Assembly (NCBI GenBank): GCA_945873815.1
Contig: CAMCEE010000002.1
Location: 103,781 to 167,780 of the forward strand
From: an uncultured Bacillales bacterium
GTDB taxonomy: Bacteria > Bacillota_I > Bacilli_A > RFN20 > CAG-449
DNA length: 64,000 nucleotides
Reading direction: 5' to 3'
Shown here piece after piece: positions 50,559-59,961 of the stretch (within the stretch, counting starts at the first letter, position 1; every line of letters begins with the position of its first letter). The notes below the pieces were generated by a model. That model was not told the origin of the DNA and did not search any database. It worked only from the letters and a program-made list of their open reading frames with translations. Position numbers and translations under genes: made by a program.

Positions 50559-52835
50559 ATGGAGAATTTAACAAAAAAAGAAAAAATATCAACCTTTGTA
50601 AATTATGGAATAATTTTCATAATGATAATAACGTTCTTTTTCGGATTATTTGGATTAAATGATGTCAGTAAGAAAAAAAGTAAAGATGAACTGATATCAT
50701 TAAATGAGAATTGGAGCATTAATGGTGATATTGTTGATATATCAGATTATAAAGTTTTATTAGGTAAAGATGAAAAAATAACTCTATCTTATGTGACAGA
50801 TGAAACGTTATATCGAAATAATAATTTACTTTTTTATTGCGATATGATGGGAATAGATGTTTTTGTTAATGATAAAAAGATTTATACGGTTAATCGAAGT
50901 GAAATAAGCGGTTGCGTATTAGTTAGATCGATGGTTGTAGTTGATCTAATCAATGTGTGTATTGGTGATACTGTATCTATTGATATTTATAATATTAGGG
51001 GAGATTCTCTTGAATATGAATTACCTACAATTAAGGCAGGAACTGAGAATTCAATTAAGAATAGTATATTTTTGGAAGAAAGTATAACGATTTTTTCTTT
51101 TATTCTTTCTATCGCTGTATTAATAACTTTTATTACATATATTTTCTATGCCTCGAAAACAAGGAAAACGATGGAGAAAAGATTTGTCTCTTTTGGTTTA
51201 TTCATATTAGTTTCAACGATATGGTTATTTTTTGATTCGAATCTAGCTAATACACTTCCTTTAAATATTGAAACTACATCTCTTATATCATTATATTTAT
51301 TTAAACTTCTTCCTCTTGGATTGTTATTTTTTGTGTTACGTTCATTCAAGAGCGATCGTGTCATTCTAATTAGAATAATGATTATCTTATGTTACATCAA
51401 TATTGCAACTGGTACGTTATTATCCTTTTTAAGAGTGATTCCACTTAATAATCTAGTTTTCATTGATCAAACATTATTTGGATTATCGGTTATGGCAACA
51501 TTGTTTTATGTAAATGTTTACGCGAGAAAATATAGAAATGAGCCACAACAAAAAATCACATTTATTGCTTTCTTTGTTTTATTAGCATTCTATATTTCAT
51601 CCTTAGTATGTTATTACATTTATGAATCGAAGATATATCACGATATAATGTCTATTGCAATCGTCATATTCTACGTATTTATCTTCTTGATTGTCATTTA
51701 TTTTTCTAGAGTGGATTCTAAGTTAAAGAAGAAAGTTGCAGAAGAAAGAGAATATTATCGTTTAATGTCATATAAAGATGAATTAACTGGGCTTAATAAT
51801 ATTCGTGCATACGAAGAAGATTTGAAATCCTTTGAGACCCAAAAGACAGAAAATACTATATTAGTGGTGATCGATATTAATGATGTTAAACGAATAAATG
51901 ATACATATGGACATGGAGCAGGTAATGTACTTATCACTCAATGTGCACAATGCATTACAAAAACATTTAGTAAATATGGAAGGTGCTACCGCATACGAGG
52001 AAATGAATTTGCCTTAATTATTGATTATCCTTCCTTCGATATTGAAAAGAGATTATCGTATTTTAATGAATTAATAAAGGCTTCAAACGGAGATAGAATA
52101 TATAAACTATCAGTTGCAGTAGGCTATGCAAAATATAAAGATAATGAAGGAAAGATGCTTGAGGATCTTCGTTTCCAAGCTGATCTAGATATGTATAAAG
52201 ATAAGAATAGAAAGAGATTAGTTGAGATCAAATCTAAAAATGAAATATGGCAAAAGATGATTGATACTATCATTTCTATATTTGAAGTTAAGGACCCATA
52301 TACGGCTCAACATTCAAATAGAGTAAGTTACCTTTCTAAATTTATTGCTGAATCAATGGGGTTTACCGAATTAGCAATACAAGATATTTTCCTTGCAGGA
52401 AAGCTTCATGATATTGGGAAGATTGGAATTTCGGATAAGATTCTAACAAAGAAAGCAAGATTGAATGATGAGGAATTTGAAGAGATTAAGAAGCACACTA
52501 TTATTGGAGAAAAGATTATTAAATCGTCTGGTGGCATGGACAAAATTGCAAATATTATTCGTCACCATCACGAAAAATATAATGGTACTGGATACCCAGA
52601 CAGAATATCAAAGGATGATATTCCAATTGAATCTAGAATACTTGCAATTGCAGATTCAATCGATGCAATGACTTCCGATCGTTGCTACAGAAAAGCATTA
52701 ACTTACGATGAATGTAAGGAAGAGATTACAAGAAATTTAGGTGTTCAATACGATCCAATTGTTGGAAAATATACTCTTGAAAATTGGGATGAATTAGTCT
52801 CAATTCATAAAGAATTAAGAAATCAATTAGATTGA
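50559..52835 (+). CDS. Membrane sensor: 7TMR-DISM-like extracellular and 7TM N-terminus, degenerate GGDEF domain (RGNEF), and HD-GYP c-di-GMP phosphodiesterase domain
   Basis: N-terminal signal/TM, a periplasmic domain, then 7 TM helices. The GGDEF-fold region carries RIRGNEFALII instead of GG(D/E)EF. The HD-GYP motifs are HDIGK and HHEKYNGTGYPD. Confidence 0.75.
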   Translation: MENLTKKEKISTFVNYGIIFIMIITFFFGLFGLNDVSKKKSKDELISLNENWSINGDIVDISDYKVLLGKDEKITLSYVTDETLYRNNNLLFYCDMMGIDVFVNDKKIYTVNRSEISGCVLVRSMVVVDLINVCIGDTVSIDIYNIRGDSLEYELPTIKAGTENSIKNSIFLEESITIFSFILSIAVLITFITYIFYASKTRKTMEKRFVSFGLFILVSTIWLFFDSNLANTLPLNIETTSLISLYLFKLLPLGLLFFVLRSFKSDRVILIRIMIILCYINIATGTLLSFLRVIPLNNLVFIDQTLFGLSVMATLFYVNVYARKYRNEPQQKITFIAFFVLLAFYISSLVCYYIYESKIYHDIMSIAIVIFYVFIFLIVIYFSRVDSKLKKKVAEEREYYRLMSYKDELTGLNNIRAYEEDLKSFETQKTENTILVVIDINDVKRINDTYGHGAGNVLITQCAQCITKTFSKYGRCYRIRGNEFALIIDYPSFDIEKRLSYFNELIKASNGDRIYKLSVAVGYAKYKDNEGKMLEDLRFQADLDMYKDKNRKRLVEIKSKNEIWQKMIDTIISIFEVKDPYTAQHSNRVSYLSKFIAESMGFTELAIQDIFLAGKLHDIGKIGISDKILTKKARLNDEEFEEIKKHTIIGEKIIKSSGGMDKIANIIRHHHEKYNGTGYPDRISKDDIPIESRILAIADSIDAMTSDRCYRKALTYDECKEEITRNLGVQYDPIVGKYTLENWDELVSIHKELRNQLD

Positions 52836-52984
52836 TCTTATAATAAAATAATGACGAAAAAATACAAATGTATTAATTTTTTATGCAAAAACTCTAATGT
52901 TTTTTAATAAAGAATAAAAAAATCTTTAAAAATCAAAATTTTTTTCAAAACCTCTTGCAATATAAAAAAAACCGCATTATTATG

Positions 52985-53075
52985 TATTTGTATTTGGGGG
53001 CAAAATTGTAGCAATACAATGACGCAAAACTAGAGGGTCCTACAGGGATAGCCAGTTGCAATATGTAACTATTTA
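52985..53075 (+). ncRNA. Candidate c-di-GMP-I (GEMM) riboswitch
   Basis: GGGGGCAAAA, then the hairpin ATTGTA-GCAA-TACAAT (GNRA tetraloop), then GACGCAAAAC, then TAGAGGGTCC, then GGGATAGCCAGTTGC. This parallels the GEMM-I core GGCAAACC / GNRA-capped P1b / GACGCAAAGC / GGGUC. It lies in the 5' leader of the 53251 operon. Confidence 0.5.
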
Positions 53076-53113
53076 TTAGAACGTATGTTGCGATTGGATT
53101 AGAAAATTGAAAC

Positions 53114-53150
53114 AAACCGCTCTAATAAAAGATGAGCGGTTTTTATTTTC
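53114..53150 (+). terminator. Intrinsic terminator (probable riboswitch expression platform)
   Basis: CCGCTC-taataaaagatga-GAGCGG followed by TTTTTATTTT. It lies about 40 nt after the aptamer and 100 nt before the first CDS. Confidence 0.6.
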
Positions 53151-53250
53151 TAAAATAGTTACTCACCTTGAATGGTAAAATCTTACTTATCAGTGTAGAA
53201 AGGAAGAAGTTGGAGAAAAAGAAAACTAATGTTATGAGGAGGGGGAAAAT

Positions 53251-53988
53251 ATGAAGTCATCTGTAGTTCGTAAATATCACCGCCTCGCACTTAGCAAGAA
53301 ATTCACCACTAGGGCATTAGCAATTCTTGGTACTCTCATTCTTCTTATCGCAGCACTAACAATCTATGGCTCACAAACTGGAAACTTCGTCGTATCGGTA
53401 AAAAATATTAACCGCAATGAAAGTATTGCTCTATCGATAGAAGAAGATAAAAGTAATGAAGTCTCTAGATTGATTGCAAATCCATTAAAGGATTGCATAG
53501 ATGGGTGTTACGATGACATTCCTGAAGACATTGATGAAGGATTAGGCTCCAAAAACGACAAATCCGGAAGGTATTTGGCAATGTCATTCTATTTAATTAA
53601 TAATGGAATGACGACAAGAAACGTCGCTATGGATTTCAGAATTACTCAAGTTACGAAAAGGATCGATACAATACTTCGAGTAATGATTATCCAAGATGGT
53701 GAAAAAACATTCTTCTCAAAAGCCAGAGAGGATGTAGATAACGGAGACGGGTTAGGGGAACCAATATGGGGCTTTGATTACTCCGGACGGTATGTTATTA
53801 CAAATGCAAATGCATTCGATGATGAATACATCGTTCACAAGAAAATCAATGATTTCGAAAAAGGCTCTTCAATAAAATTCACGATAGTGATGTGGCTTGA
53901 TGGTTTAGATGATCAAAACCCAGATGGAAATAGAGATATGTTGGGTGGAGCACTAAAAACCGAATTGAATTTTAGCATTATAGGCTAA
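53251..53988 (+). CDS. Hypothetical N-terminally membrane-anchored or secreted protein (TapA-like position)
   Basis: RBS GAGGAGGGGG. The N-terminal hydrophobic segment is ALAILGTLILLIAALTIYGS. It is the first gene downstream of the riboswitch candidate. Confidence 0.4.
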   Translation: MKSSVVRKYHRLALSKKFTTRALAILGTLILLIAALTIYGSQTGNFVVSVKNINRNESIALSIEEDKSNEVSRLIANPLKDCIDGCYDDIPEDIDEGLGSKNDKSGRYLAMSFYLINNGMTTRNVAMDFRITQVTKRIDTILRVMIIQDGEKTFFSKAREDVDNGDGLGEPIWGFDYSGRYVITNANAFDDEYIVHKKINDFEKGSSIKFTIVMWLDGLDDQNPDGNRDMLGGALKTELNFSIIG

Positions 53989-54015
53989 TTAACATGAAAG
54001 GAAAGAGGAAAAAAT

Positions 54016-54846
54016 ATGAAAAAGACAAGTTCAAAATTATTCTTAGCTGCAGCAGCATTAGGTTTAGCAGCAGCATCAACAGTAGGATCAACATACGCAT
54101 GGTTCACTGTTAATGGATCAGCACAAGCTTCAGGATTATCAATGGAAGTTGCAAGTGGATCAGGTATTATGATAAAAAAACATGCTGATTCAACTTATTT
54201 AGCAGATATGAATATTTCAACTGATTTTGCGGGAAAGAAATGGGAACCATGTACACCAACTGCTCCAAATGATTTATCTAGCTTTAAGAAGCTTAATATT
54301 CAAGATACAATCAGTAGTAACGGATATACATATGATAATGCAGTAAACACTGATAATAAACTTTATTTCTATACACTTGATTTAGATGTTAGAGTGTCTG
54401 CAGGCTTTAATTTTAAAGTATATGTTTCTGATATTAGTGATACTTCTAGTCAAGATGCTGATTGTAAAGCTGCAAATGTTGTAAGAGTAGGTTTTAGAAA
54501 ATATGATAAAACTGGAAACAACATTACTGAAACAACTGTTCATACTATTCAAACAAGAAATTATGGTTCTGAAAGTAATTATGCTTTAACTAAATTTAAG
54601 AGTGTATTTGGTATCAACGATCCTGCATTTACAGCAGAAACTTCTAATATAACTGATTGTATCAATGGTGAAGGTTTGAATTGTAAAACTGTAACTATAG
54701 CTGAAGGCGCAGAAGCTCTTAATGGATATGTTACACAAAGAGTTGAAATCGTTGTATGGTATGAAGGAAATGACTATCAATGTGCAGATGATATTTTATC
54801 AAAAAAAGTAACATTCAAATTGAACTTCGTACCAGTAGATGCATAA
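54016..54846 (+). CDS. Secreted TasA/camelysin-family-like protein with a SipW-cognate-class signal peptide
   Basis: Signal MKKTSSKLFLAAAALGLAAASTVGSTYAWFTVNG. The …G(S/T)(Y/F)A(W/Y)F… ending is characteristic of SipW substrates such as TasA and CalY. A SipW gene follows immediately. Confidence 0.5.
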   Translation: MKKTSSKLFLAAAALGLAAASTVGSTYAWFTVNGSAQASGLSMEVASGSGIMIKKHADSTYLADMNISTDFAGKKWEPCTPTAPNDLSSFKKLNIQDTISSNGYTYDNAVNTDNKLYFYTLDLDVRVSAGFNFKVYVSDISDTSSQDADCKAANVVRVGFRKYDKTGNNITETTVHTIQTRNYGSESNYALTKFKSVFGINDPAFTAETSNITDCINGEGLNCKTVTIAEGAEALNGYVTQRVEIVVWYEGNDYQCADDILSKKVTFKLNFVPVDA

Positions 54847-54978
54847 TTTATATATTTATTAGCAAAAACTATATATTTCATTTAATAAAATGGGTTAGTG
54901 GTGTTGCCACTTCCCTATTTTATTATTATAATAAACTTGGTATATTATAAATATTTATAATATCAAGCGAGGTACTTT

Positions 54979-55824
54979 ATGAAAAATAATGTTTTAAAGA
55001 AAGTGTTAAAGATTTCAGGTAACGTTCTTTTTGGAATCTTTTTAGTCTTTATTTTGTTTATTGCAATAACAAATATTAGAGCTAAATCAACCGATAATGT
55101 TCCAAATATTTTTGGATATGGGTACTTAAATGTATTATCCGATTCTATGGATGGAGATAAAGAGGACTCATTTAAAATTGGTGATTTGATTTTTGTTAAA
55201 CTAGTTAATAAAGAAGAAGCAGAAAATTTAAAAGTAGGAGATATCATTACCTATAGAACTATTATTGATGGTAAGGATATGACTATTTCCCATAGAATTA
55301 TTAGAATTGAACCTGACAATCCTTATAAATATGTTACGCAAGGTGATCATCCTTCTTCTAGTATGGCGGCAACTGATGCTGTTAAAGTAAATCAAGTTAT
55401 CGCAGTATATCAAGGTAAATGGGCTGGTGCTGGTTCAGTATTTGCTTGGTTCTCGAGTGGATTTGGATTTTTTCTTATTGTATGTGTACCTTGTATTTTA
55501 TTCTTGATTTTTGAAATCATTAATTTCGTAAAAGTATATATGGAATATAAAAACGAAAAACAACAAGTTGCTATGGCAGGTGGACCTGATAGCATTCAAA
55601 ATAAGATTAGAATGAGAAAGGCAGCATATGATGATCTTGTTAAAGAGGGTACTTTAACTAAAGAGCAAGCAGAGGCTGCACTTAATGAATATATTAAGAG
55701 TGTATCTGTAATAGAAAATGATACTACTTTAGAAGAAAAGCCTGTAGGTGCTAATGAATCATTAGAAGTATCTACTGAAGAAGCAAAGGAAAAAACTTCA
55801 GCAGTTGAAGAAAAAAATGAATAA
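54979..55824 (+). CDS. sipW: Signal peptidase I, archaeal-type SipW family (S26), with a C-terminal extension
   Basis: N-terminal TM. The catalytic block is NVLSDSMDGD…IGDLIFV…VGDIITY…ISHRIIRIE…TQGDH, matching SipW VLSxSME…VGDIITF…THRVVEI…TKGDNN. A second TM and a K/E-rich tail follow. Confidence 0.75.
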   Translation: MKNNVLKKVLKISGNVLFGIFLVFILFIAITNIRAKSTDNVPNIFGYGYLNVLSDSMDGDKEDSFKIGDLIFVKLVNKEEAENLKVGDIITYRTIIDGKDMTISHRIIRIEPDNPYKYVTQGDHPSSSMAATDAVKVNQVIAVYQGKWAGAGSVFAWFSSGFGFFLIVCVPCILFLIFEIINFVKVYMEYKNEKQQVAMAGGPDSIQNKIRMRKAAYDDLVKEGTLTKEQAEAALNEYIKSVSVIENDTTLEEKPVGANESLEVSTEEAKEKTSAVEEKNE

Positions 55825-55935
55825 ACTTTAGTTAATGAGGAAACACCAGTTGTTGAAGAAAAAAAGAAAACTACAACTACTAGTAAATCAGTAGAATAAT
55901 CATTTTTATTCTATGCCTATTAAAAAGGGGGGATT

Positions 55936-57579
55936 TTGATGAACGAATTTGCTCAATATTATTTAGAATTCATGCGTCAAGTTTGGGAACAAATTTGTAA
56001 TTTCTTTGTTGGATTATATAATTGTTTCGCTGATATTCTTGTATTAAATCATATTGACAACATTAAATTGATTGGAAAATATGCAAATAGTTTTAATGTA
56101 TTATCTTGGATTTTATTTGTAATAATTGATGGTATTACATTAGCTTTTATTGTTTTATTATTTGTTAAGGCATTCCAATTATTGAGAAGATGGTTGAAAT
56201 TTAGAAAGAAAGAAGTTGAAAAAGAAGACTTACTATTTGAAATTGCTCAATTGAAAGAGGAAGTTAAACGTACAATTAAGGATAAAGAGAGAATTCTTAA
56301 TTTACAACTAGGTGAAGTAAGAGAACAAGGTTTATTAGTTCCTTCAAAAGGTATGATTACGCAAGAAGATGCAACGGGAGGCTACTATCCTAGTGATGAA
56401 TTAGTTAGCGTTTCTCCTCAAAGCTTTTTACCTAGTGATATGAAAAGTGAAAAAGAAGTCACTTCTTCTAGTGCAACAGAAGAAAAAGGAAGATTCTCAA
56501 AACTTGCGCTTGTTGATCAAAAATATGCGGAATCAGGTATTTACCATATTACAATGACAGAAGATGATTTAGTTGGATTACCTGAAATTATTAATAGATT
56601 CGTTAATTATGCGGCTAGTCAACATCATTTGTATTATACAAAACGTACAATTTCTAAATTTGTCGCAGGTTTAGCTACTTCAAAGATTATTATTCTTGAA
56701 GGTATATCTGGTACTGGTAAAACATCATTGCCATATGCTTTTTCAAGATTTATGAAGAACCAAGCTCAAATCGTTTCTGTACAACCTTCTTGGAGAGATA
56801 GAACAGAAATTCTAGGTTATTTAAATGAATTTACAAAGAAATTTAATGAAACTGACTTCTTAAAGGCATTATATGAAGTTTCTTATCGTGAAGATGTTAA
56901 CTTAATCGTCCTTGATGAGTTGAACTTAGCTCGTATTGAATATTATTTTGCTGAATTCTTATCTATTATGGAAATGCCTGATAAGAGTGAATGGAAAATT
57001 GACCTTGTTCCAACACAAGAGCCTAATGATCCACATCATTTAACTGAAGGAAAATTATTGATTCCACAAAACTTATGGTATATTGGAACAGCAAACAAGG
57101 ATGACTCAACTTTTACTATTACTGATAAGGTTTACGATAGAGCTGTTACTCTTTATTTAAATGAAAGAGCAAAATATTTTGATGCTCCATTTACTGAATC
57201 TATCAATTTATCATATGATTATTTACAAAAACTCTTTGATGAAGCTAGTGAATTACATACGATTTCATTAAAGAATTTAGATAATATCGAAAAATTAGAT
57301 GAATTTGTCCAAGAAAATTTCAAGATTGCTTTTGGTAACCGTATTATGAAACAAATTAAGACATTCGTTCCTGTATACGTTGCTTGTGGTAATTCTGAAT
57401 TAGATGGATTGGATTACATGATTTGTACAAAGATATTTAAGAAATTTGAGGCATTAAACTTGCCTTTCTTGAAGAAGGAATTAGAGGGTTTAATCGCATT
57501 AATTCAAAAATTATACGGAAAAGAATCGTTTAAAGAATCAATTGCATATTTACGTGATTTATTAAAGATGGCTTCGTAG
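55936..57579 (+). CDS. Membrane-anchored McrB-like AAA+ (AAA_5) NTPase with an N-terminal TM helix and coiled coil
   Basis: TM helix SWILFVIIDGITLAFIVLLFV. Walker A LEGISGTGKTSL. The Walker B and sensor region is LIVLDELNLARIEYYFAEFLSIME. The motif WYIGTANKDDSTFTITDKVYDRA matches McrB blocks DEINRA…GEL.YLLEYR and IGTMNTADRS…RR. Confidence 0.6.
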   Translation: MMNEFAQYYLEFMRQVWEQICNFFVGLYNCFADILVLNHIDNIKLIGKYANSFNVLSWILFVIIDGITLAFIVLLFVKAFQLLRRWLKFRKKEVEKEDLLFEIAQLKEEVKRTIKDKERILNLQLGEVREQGLLVPSKGMITQEDATGGYYPSDELVSVSPQSFLPSDMKSEKEVTSSSATEEKGRFSKLALVDQKYAESGIYHITMTEDDLVGLPEIINRFVNYAASQHHLYYTKRTISKFVAGLATSKIIILEGISGTGKTSLPYAFSRFMKNQAQIVSVQPSWRDRTEILGYLNEFTKKFNETDFLKALYEVSYREDVNLIVLDELNLARIEYYFAEFLSIMEMPDKSEWKIDLVPTQEPNDPHHLTEGKLLIPQNLWYIGTANKDDSTFTITDKVYDRAVTLYLNERAKYFDAPFTESINLSYDYLQKLFDEASELHTISLKNLDNIEKLDEFVQENFKIAFGNRIMKQIKTFVPVYVACGNSELDGLDYMICTKIFKKFEALNLPFLKKELEGLIALIQKLYGKESFKESIAYLRDLLKMAS

Positions 57580-57599
57580 TTTATTGTAGGTGATTTAGT

Positions 57600-59333
57600 A
57601 TGGCAGATATAAATTTTGAAAAAAAATACTATTCATCAATACTAGGATCTATCAATAGAAATGATAGTCACAACTTTTATAATGAAATGCTCAATGCAAT
57701 TAAAGGCGGCAATATGGAAGTATTCCTTACTCGTAGCCGTCAACAATTGTCATTTGATTCGACATGGATTCATCAAATTAGTGACTATTTAAGATACGTA
57801 GAGAATATCGTTAGAAATCCTCGTATCTACATGTTAGCAGTTGAAGAAGTTACTCCAATTCAAAGAGCAAAGAAGATTAATGCTAGATCAATTCAACATT
57901 TATCTTCTCACGTTCAAAATGTTCAAGAACTTAGAAAAGATGGAACTATTGTTCCTTCAAAAGTATTATCGACAACTTTTGAAGATACTTTTGCAATATA
58001 TGAAAACAGATTTGTTATGACATTAATTAACAAATTAGCTGCTTTCGTTGAAGTTAGATATGATTCCATTTTAGAAAGTATTAAATCATATCAAATGGAT
58101 AAGATTGTTGCAAAATCATCTTTTGTTTGGCGAAATTATTCAATCGATGCAAAGATTGAATTAAATGTTAAAGAAGAAATTTTAGATGAAGTAAGTAAGA
58201 AAAATAAGGAATTATTGGATGATATTATCGTTATTAGAAATTATGTTAGAGGATTTATGACTTCAAGTTTCTATCAAACAATGAAAGAGAGAACTCGTCC
58301 TGTTACTCCTCCTATTTTAAGAACTAATATCATTACAAAATCTGTTGATTATAACTCATGTTTGAAATTGTGGCTATTCTTAGATTCTTACCGTCAACTA
58401 GGTGTTGATTTAGAAGTTATGGATAAAGAATTACCATTTGATGATAAGTTCATTGATGAAGTTAGCGATATGCTATTTATGAACTATTCTTTGTTTGTAT
58501 CTAACCAAGAGGATAGAAAAGAGAATTATGAACTTCTTCCATTTAAAAAGAGAAAAGAAAAGAAACCTAAAGTTAATAAATTATTAGTAGCACATGATGA
58601 AGAAGAGGGATTGAAGGATGATAACATTAATGAACCTACAATTTCAGAATACTTCTATCAAAGAGTAAAGAAAAACTATAAGACAGAATTTACAGAACAA
58701 ATAAATTCAGGTATTTCTTATAATAAAGCCTTCTTAAGCGTATATAAGAAAATGCTTAAAATTGAAAATGGTATTCAAGATGAAATAGTTGAAAGTATGC
58801 AAAAGCGTATTCCTGTCACTAATTCTATTAAAGAAAAAAGAAGAGCAAAACATAAGCAATATAAAAAAATGAAGGGGATGTATGAAAACCTAATCGCAGC
58901 TAAAGAATTGGATTTAGAAAAGGCTCGACAAAAACTAGAGAAATTGAATGAAACTCTTGAAAAATATGCTAAAGAAGAAAAGGAATATCAATTAGAACTT
59001 CGTAGACAAAAAAGAAAGCAACAAAAAGAGGAACTCGAGCTTCAAAATAAAAACGATGAAGAAAAGAAGAAGGAAGAAAAATTAAAGAAGAAAAAAGAAT
59101 CCATTAAAAAGATTCCACTTCCAGTAAGCGACAAACCACTTGAAATTGATCTTCCTGAAAAAGAAGATGCTCCAGTAGTTGCTGAACCAAATGATGAAGA
59201 AATCAAACCTTCTGTTGGAATAAATTCTCGTACTGCTCGTCTTCTAGAATATCTTCAAAAGGCTCGTCAAGCATCAAGAAGTAAAGAAGTTAAGGTCGAA
59301 AGCAGAAATATAGACCACAATGAGGAAAAGTAA
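57600..59333 (+). CDS. Large hypothetical protein (577 aa). The N-terminal globular domain is a possible McrC-like partner. The C-terminus is an extremely K/E-rich coiled coil.
   Basis: It starts 21 nt after the ATPase gene. The C-terminal 250 aa are low-complexity and basic (…KKKEEKLKKKKESIKK…). No PD-(D/E)xK motif could be recognised confidently. Confidence 0.4.
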   Translation: MADINFEKKYYSSILGSINRNDSHNFYNEMLNAIKGGNMEVFLTRSRQQLSFDSTWIHQISDYLRYVENIVRNPRIYMLAVEEVTPIQRAKKINARSIQHLSSHVQNVQELRKDGTIVPSKVLSTTFEDTFAIYENRFVMTLINKLAAFVEVRYDSILESIKSYQMDKIVAKSSFVWRNYSIDAKIELNVKEEILDEVSKKNKELLDDIIVIRNYVRGFMTSSFYQTMKERTRPVTPPILRTNIITKSVDYNSCLKLWLFLDSYRQLGVDLEVMDKELPFDDKFIDEVSDMLFMNYSLFVSNQEDRKENYELLPFKKRKEKKPKVNKLLVAHDEEEGLKDDNINEPTISEYFYQRVKKNYKTEFTEQINSGISYNKAFLSVYKKMLKIENGIQDEIVESMQKRIPVTNSIKEKRRAKHKQYKKMKGMYENLIAAKELDLEKARQKLEKLNETLEKYAKEEKEYQLELRRQKRKQQKEELELQNKNDEEKKKEEKLKKKKESIKKIPLPVSDKPLEIDLPEKEDAPVVAEPNDEEIKPSVGINSRTARLLEYLQKARQASRSKEVKVESRNIDHNEEK

Positions 59334-59334
59334 T

Positions 59335-59961
59335 ATGAAATCGAAGATTAATTGGAAAAAGATTCTAAAGATTTCAGGCAATGTATTATTAGGTATATTA
59401 ATTGCATTCATTCTCTATCTTGTCGTTGAGATTGTTATTGCATTTATTATAAAAAAACCACCATGCATCTTCAATCATTACATATTCGTAGTACTAACTA
59501 ATTCAATGGAAGATACGATTATGGTGGGAGAAGTAGTATTTGTCAAAAGAGCAGCATTCTCAAATGTAAATATTGGCGATATCATATCTTTTATTGATAT
59601 TAATCCATCGGATGCGGTTTATGGACAATATATTACTCATAGAGTAGTTGGAATTACTCAAAATGGTTTACTTATCACACAAGGTGATAATAATATCGTA
59701 CAAGATTCTTACCGTGTTAGTGAGAATAATTTTATCGGAATTATGGATTATCATTCCAAGTTCCTAGGTAGTATTGTTACATTTTTTAGTAACAATTCCA
59801 ATATCGTATTTATTATAGTTTCTATCGTTCTAATAACAGTTATCTGCCTTGAAGCTAAAAACTTTCTTATTTTAAAGGAAAAAGCTAAACAAGAGGATGA
59901 AAAGGAAAAACTAAAAGAACAAATCATGCAAGAGATTAATAAAGGAGAGAAAGAAGAATAG
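59335..59961 (+). CDS. Second SipW-family signal peptidase I paralog
   Basis: MKSKINWKKILKISGNVLLGILIAF is near-identical in pattern to the N-terminus of the 54979 protein. The catalytic block is VVLTNSMEDTIMVGEVVFV…IGDIISF…ITHRVVGIT…TQGDNN. An RBS GAGGAAAAG is 5 nt upstream. The ATG at 59335 is preferred over 59320. Confidence 0.7.
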   Translation: MKSKINWKKILKISGNVLLGILIAFILYLVVEIVIAFIIKKPPCIFNHYIFVVLTNSMEDTIMVGEVVFVKRAAFSNVNIGDIISFIDINPSDAVYGQYITHRVVGITQNGLLITQGDNNIVQDSYRVSENNFIGIMDYHSKFLGSIVTFFSNNSNIVFIIVSIVLITVICLEAKNFLILKEKAKQEDEKEKLKEQIMQEINKGEKEE

